A stretch of 64,000 bases of DNA from the NCBI GenBank assembly GCA_047967505.1, contig CM106538.1; one strand, 5' to 3'. Shown in pieces: positions 40,031 through 52,930 of this stretch. The notes below the pieces were generated by a model. It ran no database searches. It saw nothing but the letters and a program-made list of their open reading frames with translations, and was not told the origin of the DNA. Source of the stretch: Dipteris shenzhenensis (taxonomy: Eukaryota). The translations under genes and the position numbers were made by a program. Numbering within the stretch: the stretch's first letter is position 1; each line of letters begins with the position of its first letter.

Positions 40031-40032
40031 TG

Positions 40033-43000
40033 TCAATCTATGAAGATAAGCACAAAGGAATCGTGCAATATCTCTCTATCTTCTATTGTTTGGATTGTGT
40101 TGCTATTTTGTTTTGTGGGGGCCTTCCAACTCAATGTGCAAGTCAAAATCATCATTGAAATTGCCTGGTTGCCTATGGTGTTTATTGCCGAAGAGAGTGT
40201 CCCGTAGTTGTTGACATGGTCAATAGGCAAAACTTCTCTAGTGAATTTTTCCCAAATATTTTAATTGTATCTTGTTGACAATGGTACAAGTCATGCCAAG
40301 TGAGGAAAGCTTCATCTATGTTGGGCTCCTCCTTGCTGAATGGTAAGAAGAGCAAGCATAGTTCTGTGTAGTGATTTTTGGTATCTTTGCTTTTACTGTA
40401 ATTATTGAAGCACACAATCTTCACATGTTTATATTTTTTGTCGTGTGCCCATTCACATTGTAAGCACTTGCATATTCAGCTAAACACAAATTGTATAGCT
40501 CATTTGGTCTATGTTTGTACTTGGAAATGATGTCAGGGAAGAAAATATTTGTGCTTTGTGGGTCCATCTTCTCAAGCTAGAAGCATCTTTTGAGCAACAT
40601 CGTGTGCTCCTCAGCTAGGCTTGTGTTAATATAACAGAACTCATGTGTGGTGCTTGTTAATGGTAGTGATAAGCACAAGTACACTACTTGTTGTGAGCTG
40701 ATGTGTTGCGTGTTCAAGATGGTGTTTCCATTCATTGGATGTGTTTATTTGATAGTAGATTTAATTGCAAACATGGCTCAAAGCAAGCTTCATCGCTTCT
40801 GCTATGGCCTAGTCAACCTTTGTCATGTACGAAGTGCAATAGGAGGCAGTTGTGTGGGGATTCATGATGAATTGTATGTCTGTGTTTGCGGACCATAGCG
40901 CAGATGTAGTGAGGTTATAGTTTCTGGTGTCGATATCCTTGGGATGCCTTTTCAAATAAATTGTTGGTTGCATTGCATTGCAACATAGTCTTCCTCTGTA
41001 ATTGACAATGCATGCAGAAAGTTGTCAAAGTCTAGGCTCTCTATACAAATTTCTTCCATGAAGGACTTGATTATTTTGTAATTGGTTTTGCGTGTGCTTC
41101 TTAGTGCATGTTCTTCAAGTGGAGTTAGAATTTTTGTTGCCCTCATGGGAGGCTTGGGAAAATGGAATTGACACAAGGTGTCACGTTTCATGCATGTTTT
41201 TCTATGTTTGTGCTTCTGAATGTCTTTATTTTCTAACACAAACTTTGAAATGTCCATGCTTATGTGCGTGTAATAGGAGTTTTTAATCTTGACATCAAGG
41301 CTTTCCCTTTGTAAACAGGTGCGCTCTCAATCCATAACAAGCAATGGCCGTGCTAGCTCCCCTTGTTTTGGAATTCTATCACAAAGAAGAAGTCAAGCAC
41401 CTTGCCTAGAATTCAGGGATCTTGTTTGAGAAGGCTTTTGAATGCTTTGAGCTTGTGCACGTATTACCTAGCAGTTGTTATCGGGTCTGAGCGCACAAGT
41501 TCACGCAAGTTATTTTGCAACGAGGATGGTGCACTTACTTCGTCCGTTGGTCAGACTTTGTGGAGGCACTGGAGCAATGGGTGCTAATTTTTCTTTGCTG
41601 ATGAAAAAGTCAAGAAAAAGGTAGAAGAGCCTAGCTGTTTCAACATTGCAAAAGGTTTTTCTTGAGTGTTTGTTTGTAGTCAGCAGACATTCATAGAAAT
41701 TCGAGGTCGCGAAAGCCTATATATGAATGCAGCAAATGCTTAATGTTTGTATCTTGTGCTATATCCCTTGCCATGATTTTTTATTTGCGGAGCTAACCTT
41801 TGTGCATGCGTACCCAAGATGAAGACAACACTTGTCTGACCAACACTTTCACTGTCTTGAAGAACAAATTCTCTATTGATGTTACGAACCATCTCTCTTT
41901 GTTTGGTAGCTCCTAGCGTGCAATTTCTTGGTACGAGGTGCAATTAGGCACATTGTACCTTTTACTGTGTCCAAAAAAAAGATTTGGGTAGGCAAGCTCT
42001 TCGCAATACTTATCCTTGAAAATGCTTAGTAGTGTAAACCCTTCTGACGAGGCAATGTTGATTGTTTTTTCCTCAAAGTCAACCACATGTTGTGTTGTGT
42101 AGATGCCATGGACAAGAATGTCGGTCGAGGTGTCATCTTCATGTCCTATGAGAGAATGTTAGTCTATTTGCCCTGTTCCAATGACTTCTGTTGATTGTCT
42201 TATGTGCTCAGCCCACAAATGATTAAACATGACGTTGTATTCTTTGTACAAAGGTGTGTCCAACAATTCTTGCAGTGTTTTAAAGTGAGCATGGGTCACA
42301 ATAGGCCACTCATGTAGCTATGCGCAAACTCTAGCTTTCGTTTCAAAGCCACCATGACTCTGGAAGTGTCGCTTAAGAACGAGGCATCACATTTTGCGCT
42401 TTGTTGACATCGGCGAAGACATTATTAGCAATTGCACTGTGGAGATCATATTGCCCTTCATATGTCAATTCGCGTATTTGAGCGAAATCAAACGCACCTC
42501 CAAATTGTTTAGCATGGCAACGCACTTCGTTTTTACGGGAAGAGACATAAGTTTTGAGACTTTGCCTTTTCGAATTTGACAGTGACAAAGTGCGAGACTA
42601 CGCGGATTGCATGTTATTGGGAGGAGCTCATGTTGGACCATGAAGGCTGTTGTAGAATTGGTTGCGCGATGCATCTTCTTCTTGAACTCCAACACTCCAC
42701 AACAAACACAAGGGGATGAAGGAGTATCTTCAATGCTCTTTAAGTACCTTGTGGTAGCAGCACTTTGGGTTGCATTGTTTGATTTGATGAAGGGATCCAC
42801 TAGTTCATCACTTGAAGCTTGTTGTGTTTCACATGCCACTGATGAAGGCATAAAAATTGGTCGCGGTTTTGAAGGTGGGTTGGTGAGAAATGCTAGACCG
42901 GTTGCTAATTCTTTCTTTTTTTAAAGACCTTTTTGGCAATGGCTTGCAACGAGTGCCTAGTATCTGGGAACATGTGCATGTAGGAAACAACTATCTCTTT

Positions 43001-43186
43001 TGCGGTTGCATGTGCCAAGCTTAATAAAGTACTCTCATGATTCGCATCCAACTGAGTGTACTTACATATGTGTGTCCACTTGTGAAGAGGGGCTAGCTCT
43101 GTGGGACTAGGTAGCTCGTATAGATCTCTTGTATTAGAAACGTAAACTTCCCTCCCGTCCAATCCATACGTCTCTGACAAGAACAA
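40033..43186 (-). mobile_element. Helitron RepHel remnant (Cys motif, DUF6570-like region, Rep domain); helicase part missing
   Basis: PCVCCG; GQYDLHSAIANNVFADV...MPR; IASSEGFTLLSIFKDKYCEELAYPNLFF; MLKQLGSSTFFLTFSSA; DPITTAR; FFVIEFQ; QKHKHRKTC...CQFHFPKPPM; WSANTDIQFIMNP...YCTSYMTK; ISSQQVVYLCLSLPL. Many frameshifts. Confidence 0.88.
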
Positions 43187-45634
43187 CGCATATCCTATTG
43201 AAGACGAATCTATAGAAGCATGGATAATTCTTCTTGCATCATCATTCTTGTGTCTGACTCAATACGTCTCTGACAAGAACAACAACGTCAATTGTCAACG
43301 AAAACATGAAGAAGACCTTACAAGCACCACGAGTACAAATGAAGTTCCTGTCATGCACGTTATTGAGCACTAAACTTAGAGACTCATAGTAATAATCCAT
43401 GCAGTTAGGTGGCTAACATTGATTGCGTAGAAGACATGGACCAATCCCGCAATTCTGACGGAACGAGGCACAAAAAAATTACAGAAGACCTATTTTTCCC
43501 ATCTCTCAAACACAATCTTCACTAAGGCCTACCTATGGCAGGCCAAAAAGGTGAAGCCTATGTTTGAGTGAAAAAGCACTCCACACCCAAAAATCAAAAT
43601 GCACCTAAGGCGACAAAAAATGAAGCACCATTGAGACCATTAGATCTCTTCAACATCAAGGTCTAAGATTGTGACAAGTCGATTGATGAGAGTTCAGGAC
43701 TTCGGGCAGCATAACAGATCCCTAAGCTTGTTTTCCACGTCTTAAAGCGCACCCTCTTACTTCTTTGATGCTTGTGTTAATGTGCTGACCCCTCCACTAT
43801 ATCCCCCCTCCTCCGAACCACTCATGTCCCCCTTTGTGGCTCTGGTTGAGCAGAAAAAATTAGGGTCCTGTTGTCTGCCTCTTCCATTCCAACCCTGCCC
43901 TTTGAAGTGCTTTTAGTGTTGCAATTTGTAGATGGAAGGATCCTTCATTTGAATTATCTTTGCCTATCTTTAACCTGTATTTGTGTTCATACCTTTATGC
44001 TTGAGGAGAATTAATTAAAGGTGTGATTTTTTTTTTGACAGCCTGCTCATGTGACGATGATGCACAATACATTGTCCACAGAGTTGTGCCGTCCTAGGGA
44101 AACAAGGTACGTTTTAGGGTGATACTTTTATTTCTGCTTTCTTAATAGCGTTCTTATTTTCATGGGCTTTCATTCACATGAATCAGTGACGTATGATTGG
44201 TAGATTACTCCTCTCCCTTGCAGACTGCATGTCTCTACAATTTGCATAGACCTCTATTACTATCTTGCTTTGGTTGCATATTCTCCTTGCTATGATGCTT
44301 CTGGAGATGGTGTATTCTCTTGTCCAATAGACTGATTTCTTGTAATGTGCACTTTTAGACAATTGAGTAGCAGAAAATTTTCATCCATATCATCTGGGAA
44401 ATCTTGTTTGCATGTTACCCTTCAAATAGAGAAGGAAATTTTCAGCACACAGCAAAATTAAATTTTCGAAGTGCCTGGTTCTGTGAATGGGACTTACCAC
44501 CCTTTTATCAGAAAACTTTCCCTGATTGTTTCAGGGGGAGGCAACTATTGGCAGGGCTCCGTGGGAAGGGGTAAGATGCCATATGGCTGAATTATTTTGT
44601 AGTGTTTCCTGTTCTTTCAGAATTTTGATTTACAAGTTTTTTCTCTTCAAAGGTGAGGCAGCGTATTCAGAGAGCGATTCCATAAAGCTGAGAAGGATAT
44701 GGCACCAGCCAGTTCATAAAAAATGGTCGAAGCTACAGGGAAAGTGAACAAAGCAAAATATGAACAAGATCTGTGTTCATGAGTTCAAAGGTTTTGGTTG
44801 TTCTCTGCATTTATTATCCCATGAATCCCTAATTAGAGGGAATTTGCTGGGTGAAGATTTTTGTAGTCCAATAGCAGATGAGGATTTAATTCTTGGTCCT
44901 TCGAATGTGACATGTCCACTAGCTCAGTAGATTCCATATGATCTTCAACAGATATTTAAAATAATCTCTATATCCTTAACTGAATCCCTACCAATCACTT
45001 CTGCCAATGACCTGACTGTAACAAGCAGTCTGTTTCTCCGAAGATTGGTAACTATTTTCCAAAGTCACCCCTAGCAAAGGAGGTGGCGGTGGTCCTAAGG
45101 AAAAGTGAGCATAAGGACAGTAGTTAACCTTTCAGACAAGTGTATTGTCAGTAACGTCAAAGAGAAGTCCAACCCTTTGCCAAAACTGTTAAAGCAAGTA
45201 ACCCAGATACACTAATTGTATATCAAAAAGATGCAGTCAGTCTGTGATCCCTCGACAGTGCAAGCCCGTAATCAGTGCTTTGCACTCTCCTACACAAAGA
45301 AACTACGCTGACATATTAAAAGTGCAACTAGATATACACTACAATGCCTCTATCTGATTAAGATGGAAAAGGAAGGTCACACCCCTCACAAGATTAGTTC
45401 TCCACTCTAAGGATGGCGTTCTCTCGGGCTTCAGGGCCGAAGCCTCAACCAAGACAGCCCCTCCTGGCGAGAGTTCTGGCGCTTTGGGCCGCGGAACCAT
45501 CTTGATGTTCTAGATGACTACCGTATTGCTTTGGAGGCATCAGTCCTGATTTTGCAGCCACAAATAGAGAATTCCATTGGTGCAATTGGGAGTCCTTCCC
45601 ATCGTTTCTGGGGCTTGTCCACAACAGAGGAGCA

Positions 45635-45927
45635 TGTTGGAATCTCTGGAAGCAAGACATTGGGTGTGTGAGTTTGGCTAAGCATGTGAGGATGAGCCAA
45701 TGAGATGTGGGCGAGTAGATTAGGGGATGAGGGCCCAATCCATATTTTTGTATAGTACACACAATTGGAGTGTGGTGTGGAATGGAATCTAAACAGTGTA
45801 GTTGGATAGATTGGCTCTTGTTGTCTCGTCTCTCTCCCACGTTTCCTTTTGTGAGCATTGCTCTTTGCGTTTGCACCATTGTAGCTTCTCTCCTTTGCAC
45901 TCCAAATTGTAACATGGTATCAGAAGC
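45635..45927 (+). mobile_element. Probable isolated ~280-bp LTR with PBS
   Basis: TGTTGG (45635)...TGTAACA (45914) immediately followed by TGGTATCAGA; no partner LTR or pol found. Confidence 0.55.
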
Positions 45928-46269
45928 TAGTTGGCTTCTGCCTCAAGCACAGCCATTCCAGCTCATAGCAAGCTGAACACCAGCAGCCAAAAGGAGTCTC
46001 TGCTTTGCAAAATGATGTATACTTGCTGGTTGTGGGACTGAAGGTTGCATCAGTTTCCAAGAAGGCGTGCATCTACTGTTTCGACTTACCAGCAAGCTAC
46101 TATTATTAATCTTGATGTTTCACCACAGTTTTAAGTTTTTGGCCAGCAATACACTTAATTTACAGTTTCGTTGCCAGTTCTATGAAGTTATTGAGTTTTC
46201 CAGAAGAGCGTTTCAATGTTCATCATTTCTTTTTCTCAAAGCAACTTTCTGATACTTCTGAAAGTTTCT

Positions 46270-46615
46270 TTGCACTCCATGTCCAAAAGCATGTCCTAAC
46301 CTTGCAACCCCTCCTCCCCTCTCCTCCAACCTTGCAACCCATCCTCTCCCTCTCCTCCTCCCTCCTCCTCCTCCCTCCTCCTCCTCCCTCTTCCTCCTCC
46401 TCCTCCCTCCTCCTCCTCCTCTCTCCTTCTCCCTCCTCTCTCCTCTTTCCCCCATGCTCTTACACTTTCTTCCTCTCCCACTCCTATGCTCCCCCTAAAC
46501 CCTTAGTTCCTGAACCCTTAATCTCCATGATCTACAAGGGAGACGAGTTCTCCACCATGTACTCTAGTCTAAACCTTGGAACCTCTTCTAACCCTTGGAA
46601 CTCCTTCTAACCCTG
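46270..46615 (+). repeat. Second copy of the dispersed repeat at 7700-8010
   Basis: Colinear shared blocks around a (CCT)n core. Confidence 0.8.
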
Positions 46616-49410
46616 AAACTATGTGCAATTTTATGGTCAGTGGTTTTTCTACAAGAGTCGGAATCTGGTTTCCCAGAAGGAACTTCTTTCCCGCATTTGG
46701 TGGCTGTGGCTATAGAAAGACACCATTTGCGATCCTCTTTCGTGTTCTTTAGCAGCATTCATGGCTGGGAGAGCAAGGGAAGGAGTTGTGGATTACGCAT
46801 GCACACATGGCTACTTTTTGGCTTGCTTTCTCTTGAGACAGATGAGGCCTGGGTCTTGCAGTAGCAGTGATCCTTTTAGGACCTGAGGAGCACCTCAGGG
46901 AGGTCACTCACTGGCCGCTAATTCAGTGCACTAGCTAGCTAAGTGTGGAGACCTCCTTACTGATGCACTGGGCACTAAAGGTGGGCATAAAGCTACTAAA
47001 CACCATCCAAGCCTTCACACAAATCATAGAAGTCCACTGGTATTACACAGGTTCCAAGTTCCATGCATGGGAAGGCCTTATTTTCCACCACCCCCTCCCC
47101 TCCCCATGAGTTGGGCCTTGGTGAGTTGGAACACGCACAACCTTCACGATCGAGCATGTCAGCAGCCATAGCAGCTAATTGTTTGATAGGAGTTGCAGAG
47201 GGCTATGGTGGATGGTCAGTTCCCCTGCCTTCCTTGTCAAAGAAGTTGCAGAGGGCTACGGTGGATGGCCTATTCCCTCGCCAACTCCCCTACCTTCCTT
47301 TTCCCCTAACTCTTCTCACCCCCCCCCCCCCCCCCCTTTTTTACTATCCCCCTTTTCGAACCTTTCCTGGTCCCCTTTCTCTCCCCCTCAGTTCATCTCA
47401 CCCTCCTCTTTTTCCACCGTTCCCCTTTTCCCTCCTTTGCTAGCGTGAACAACTTTCTATTTTGACATCAAGGGTCATGAACTTGTTGATGACTTTTTGG
47501 TCTAGCCGGAGGTCCTCATGGCAACTCTCTCAAACCCCCAGTCATTTAGATCTCCTTCTCCCAAAGGACAAGCAACAGATACAGATAAACATATAGTCTC
47601 TTTAGGATAGAGCAATGGTACGATGCATGGAATAGAAAGGAAAAGACAAAGGGAATAACAGTGTAAGTGAGTGGAAGAAAGATGCTTTTCATTACTTGGC
47701 TGCTTGGCCATCAAATTCTAGCTCTTTAGTCAAACTCTATGACACTAGTTGCACTAGCAACAAGTCGACCCTCACTCGACCCTCACTCCCTAACATCTAC
47801 GCTCTACCCTCCATCAAGGCATGGTGGGTATTATCTACTGCATTTAAATTCATTCACACCTCCCTATCAGAAAGGTAGGTGCCATCAAGCCAATGCCAAA
47901 ATACTTGACACTTCTCTAACTTAGGCAGTGAATGTCTTGACATTGGCAACCACGATGGGCTTGACTTGGTGTGCCTTGACTTAGTGTGCTACAACAATGG
48001 CTATCTCAAGGTCGGGTTAGTGAAGACTATGTTGGCTTGTGCAAAGGGATTACCTCTCGCTTCATTCTATGTTTCAATTACGTGATCCTTTGTTACTCTC
48101 CTTGCTAGTGCCGTTCACGCCCCAACCTTCGCTTGATCAAACAACACCTTTGTTGAAACCCGTTTCTTTGTCTAGAGATGCAACATTACCCCCAACTATT
48201 GCTCAAGCCATGTCCTCATGGCTTGGATCTCCTTCTTCTAGGCTCTCCCCACCTTGGCTCGTTCAGGTGTTGGTGACATCTTCTCTATGGTGGCCTTGAT
48301 CGGCAATGTGGTAGGGGTCATTATGGTGGATTCCCCTCTTGCTCCTCTTTTGGGGTCAACTTCTCATTGAGGCTTCAGTCCAACAAGCTTAGTTAGCTTC
48401 CTAAGTAGTTGTAGGAGCTCTTTCGAGTAGACGTAAGGACCACAATTTCTAAGTAATTCATTCTCTTGTTGTCGATGCTTTGCTTCTTCATTGCATAAAA
48501 TATGGGATGAAGATTGATTTGAAGAAATGGATAAATACAATGGAGGGCGTGAAGCAAATTAGCCCCATAAATTTTGAACCAAAATTAAATTACAACAATG
48601 ATTGAATATCTGATTGTCCTTATCTAAATGCATCCATAGTGAATGGATAAAAACAAGGCCATTTTAGCCTATCAAATGTAGGAAGGAATAGCATACAAAG
48701 ACTTTTGGATGCACCTTGTTGCTTTTTTTTGTTTTCTAGAGAAAAGAACTTTCTATTTATGTTTTGAAAAACCAACCATACAAATCATTGAACCATAAAA
48801 ATCATTTAAACCAAGGGTCAAGAATCGAGGAAGAAAACTAGAAAAAAGTGGTTGTCCAACCAGTCCATTTCTAGAGAACATAGCACACTTGTCTAGGGCA
48901 TCTCGAAAATGGGGGGCTAGAAACCAAGGTGGAGAGCTTTACATTAAGAAATGCCTCCCTTTATGGATACATAGAAGACACCTACAAGCCATGCCTTGTA
49001 GAAATTTTACCCACCTCTCATCAATTGTTCGAGAGCCTGATGTCCCTCGCTCCCAGATGATGCACGGGGTGTAGATGATGTCCTACCCTATGGCAACTAG
49101 GATGGCTGCCAAGGGAACCATGTGGTATCGGATTATAGGACTGTAGCAAACAACTTAGATGTTCTAAGCAATAATCATGGAAACCATCTGTCAAAGGCTA
49201 TCCTTTGGTTAGGGTAGCGCATGCCTCAGTCCATAAGCTGCTGCCCCTGAATCTTGTACGCTAGAGATGTTGGGTCGATGGAAAATGCATGACCCCCTAC
49301 GTCAACCATGTAGCAACCATCCCCCAAGTGAAGTCACGCTGCATCTTATGTGTCCTGAAAAAAAATCCAAAGGGATCCCAACTAGATCCTCTATCCTGCG
49401 GGGGCAGTTC

Positions 49411-49680
49411 CCTGACCCTAACCTTAAGGGATTCATGTATATATTCATGTTTGTGTTCAAGACGACGTAGTATACAACTAGCTATCTTGTGCATTCCACT
49501 CTCTCCCCTCAATTCACGTTTATGCTTAATATAACGTAGTGTATAGTTATCTATCTTGTGCGCTCTACTCTCTTCTCTCGGTTAGGGTAGAGAGTGGAGT
49601 GCATAAGATAGCTCATTGTACACTATATCATATTGAACACAAACATGAATACATACATGAACCCTTAGGGTTAGGGTTGG
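49411..49680. repeat. Imperfect inverted repeat (~100-bp arms), MITE/foldback-like
   Basis: CCCTAACCTTAAGGGATTCATGTATATATTCATGTTTGTGTTCAA...GCTATCTTGTGCATTCCACTCTCT pairs with AGAGAGTGGAGTGCATAAGATAGC...TTGAACACAAACATGAATACATACATGAACCCTTAGGGTTAGGG. Confidence 0.8.
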
Positions 49681-52599
49681 GGTTTGTCCCTATGCCTATA
49701 TCTACAGTGCAATTTACATCATCCCTAACACCTCCTCTTAGATTTTTCCTAGGGATAAGTAGAGGGTTCATGTATAAGATCATTTTTGAATTTTGTTGGT
49801 GCAAATGATAATAACCAATACTAAAAAAGAAAGACTATAGTATGTGCATGTGTGAGCACAGTGGCTAATAGCAAAAGTCTGTACAACGTAGTGTACAATT
49901 TCACTTTGTTACACCTGGTGCACAAACTCCTCGTGCTTGAATTCAAGGAGATGTTGAGACCACAAAGTAGTAGTGGTCATGGGCAATTCAAGTCCCTAGT
50001 CCAAGAGGTTTGCTTGCCACTTATCATGCTTATAATATTTCCTTTTGATGTCCTATAGGATGTCATAAGTAATATTCGACATTTCTTTTCCCTTAGTCAC
50101 ATGACTCATCCAATAGTCCTAGACATGAATATGTACAATTCTTTTCCCTTAGGCACCTGACTCATCCAATAGTCCTAAACATGAATATGTACATTATCCA
50201 ATTGAACCATCTACTAATTTCAAAACCCAACTTCCATGAATTGATAAGTTCAGTCCTTGACACATTTTTTTAAAAATCACACCTTTACATTTATATACAT
50301 TTCTAATCTCTCTAAGTGTCCCCACCTATCCATCCAAGGTCATATTATATTCTAGCTAGAATGTAGCGACCACTTTGTACTATAGAAGCTTCTCAGAATT
50401 TAGATATACCTAGTTTATCATCTGATTGAAGAATAATGGTAGTTAACTTAATTAAACCTCTTGCAAGGAGAAAAATTTCAAACATTATGGCTGTACCGAA
50501 TCATTGTTCATAAAGCATGATTTTTCAAAACATGAGTGATGAACCATTGATTCGTACATTGGTTCGCCCTTGGGTGATTAATGGTTAGAATTATTAAAGG
50601 TTCAATTGAGTGGTAGTAAGATTGTAGATCCTAGGCAAACCACCTATGATATTATGTCATTGGTTAGGTGATTAGATATTTTTAGGGGCCACATGACATG
50701 GAATACCCCACATGATCCACTATGAATAGAGGGGATGTGTTACATGTAGCACCATGTTATTGGCCTAGCCTAGATGGCTTCGCCACATGTCACAAGCATG
50801 CACGCATGACCTCACGCACTCTAGGGTAACCAATCAATTATGAGCGTTGAATCCATGCAAGTGTATTAATGCACTGTGATTGAAAACTTCATGTCAATCC
50901 CATATGGGAGACTTGACCTTGACCCTTCTAAGATGTCAAAGGGCTCCCACCTCCTTGTAGACTAGGCTATGTAGTGGATCCATTATGATTTGTAGTTCAA
51001 TTGTTGCACTTTCAATTCATGCATTATAGCACATTTCCATTTTGTAGCAACCCATTTGTGTGTGCATTGGTTCTACCTGTCTGTTGGAGGGCATCATAGT
51101 CGAGTGAGCTTCCTTGTGCTTAATTTTTTACGACACTGCCACATAAAAGCACGCTTTCAAATTTTGTTCCCATATTTGTATCCCATGCATTAGATGCCAT
51201 TGTTTTCATGATGGATGTATTATTTCTTATAGCTATCATTTTTAAAAGAAAGAATACTCCATCTGCTCTCTAGATGAATATCCAAGGTTACCAAAATTGA
51301 TGTTATGCCATCCCCCCATTGCAGACCCTAAGGATGGTCATATACTTCAGTGCATTGAAGATTGTCATGCCCACCATTACCTTGTGTGCATCCCCCAACC
51401 AACACTGTATTAAGTATCACCGCATGTATTGTTACTTACACATCGTTTGTTGTCCACCTACATAGTCTTCTGCCAGACATTATATTGCTCAGTTCTCTCT
51501 TGCTCACAGTCTCTATTCACAAAGTTCTAGCTTGAGGGTTAAAGAGCAAGCACATTCAATTGGTTTGGAATTCAATTCAAAATTGCATTTCATCGTTAAG
51601 TTGCCTTTTGCATTGTAACATAATGTGGTGCTTTTCCAAAAACTCCACGTCATTGATTAATAGCTTAGTGGTGGTAATAGCACATGAATGTGTGGGTTAT
51701 GTTCCCTACTATCAATTCTTGAAGGAACACCTTGGAAGGTCTACCCAACCTTAGGTGAGAACACAAAACAACCATTCAACCAAGTTATTACATGGGTAGT
51801 CAACTTGCTTGGCGGTGAAAGCATTGTCAAAGGGGCCTCTATGTGAGATAAAGGTGAATTTTTGTGGGGATCTATCATCAATACAAGGTGGCAACCATTC
51901 ACATTGTAGCATAACATCGAAGTTTCAATGCCCGTCTTTGGATGAAGAAAGCTTTGTATATCTCGACCATCTTAAGAGCTTCCCAAAGTACTATTGTGTA
52001 AAAATAGTATGATTGGGACATTTCTCTTTAGCATGTAGGTGTTCATTTTGGGCATTGTTGTGCTCTTTCATCTATCGTAACAACCATCTTCTCCTTGTGC
52101 ATCATTCACAATCTTTGCAAAAGTTTTGATAGAGAATTCCCACAATAGTAAGACTATATTGTCAATGATAAAGACTAATGTCTAGATCATTCTGAAGGCA
52201 ACTCAAACAAGTGCGTCAAGGTTACAAAGAAGCTGGTCTCTTCATATCTAGAATTGAGAATGTCATATTTAAAATCCAACTTGCTATTGGAGTAGCTATG
52301 TCTCAAGATGGTGGGCTTGTTGTTGGAGAAAACCTAAATGGCTTAAGGGTACATTTTGGAAACTTGGAGGGCCTTACTTGATGACTCTTTCATGGTTTTA
52401 ATGGATAATTTCACACTTGAATGCTTTTGTAACAAGAAAACCTGTTTGAGTTTTAATGATCTAGCCTAATTTTAATCTCTCTGAGAGGCTTGTGTAAAGA
52501 GGACCACTTCTTTGGTCATATTTGAATATTTATCAAGGTTAAGGCAGCCCAAAAGGATTTTAAAGAGTAATATTAAAGTTTAGTATGCAATCCATGATG

Positions 52600-52930
52600 G
52601 GTTTCTTTTCCAAAAGAAAACATATATTAACTCGACAGTCAAGATTCATAGCACCATATACTAGGGAAATGTCATGACATCTCAATTGTTGACCACCCTA
52701 GAATATAGAGAACAATAATAACCATGGGTTTTTAAGACCTTTGGAAATCCCGATGGAAAAGTATCACCATGGACTTTGTGGTTGCTTTTCCAAGAACGAA
52801 TGGATGGAAAAGTATCATTGTTGACTTTGTGGTCTATAAACTGAGCAGTCATGACTTTATTTAACTAGACATGGGCAATGATGGCTCTATTCAACTAGAC
52901 ATGGGTAGACTTACCAAGATTGCAAATCCA
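52600..52930 (+). mobile_element. Gypsy integrase remnant
   Basis: GFLRPLEIP.../WKSITMDFVVAFPRT, with small internal duplications. Confidence 0.6.
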
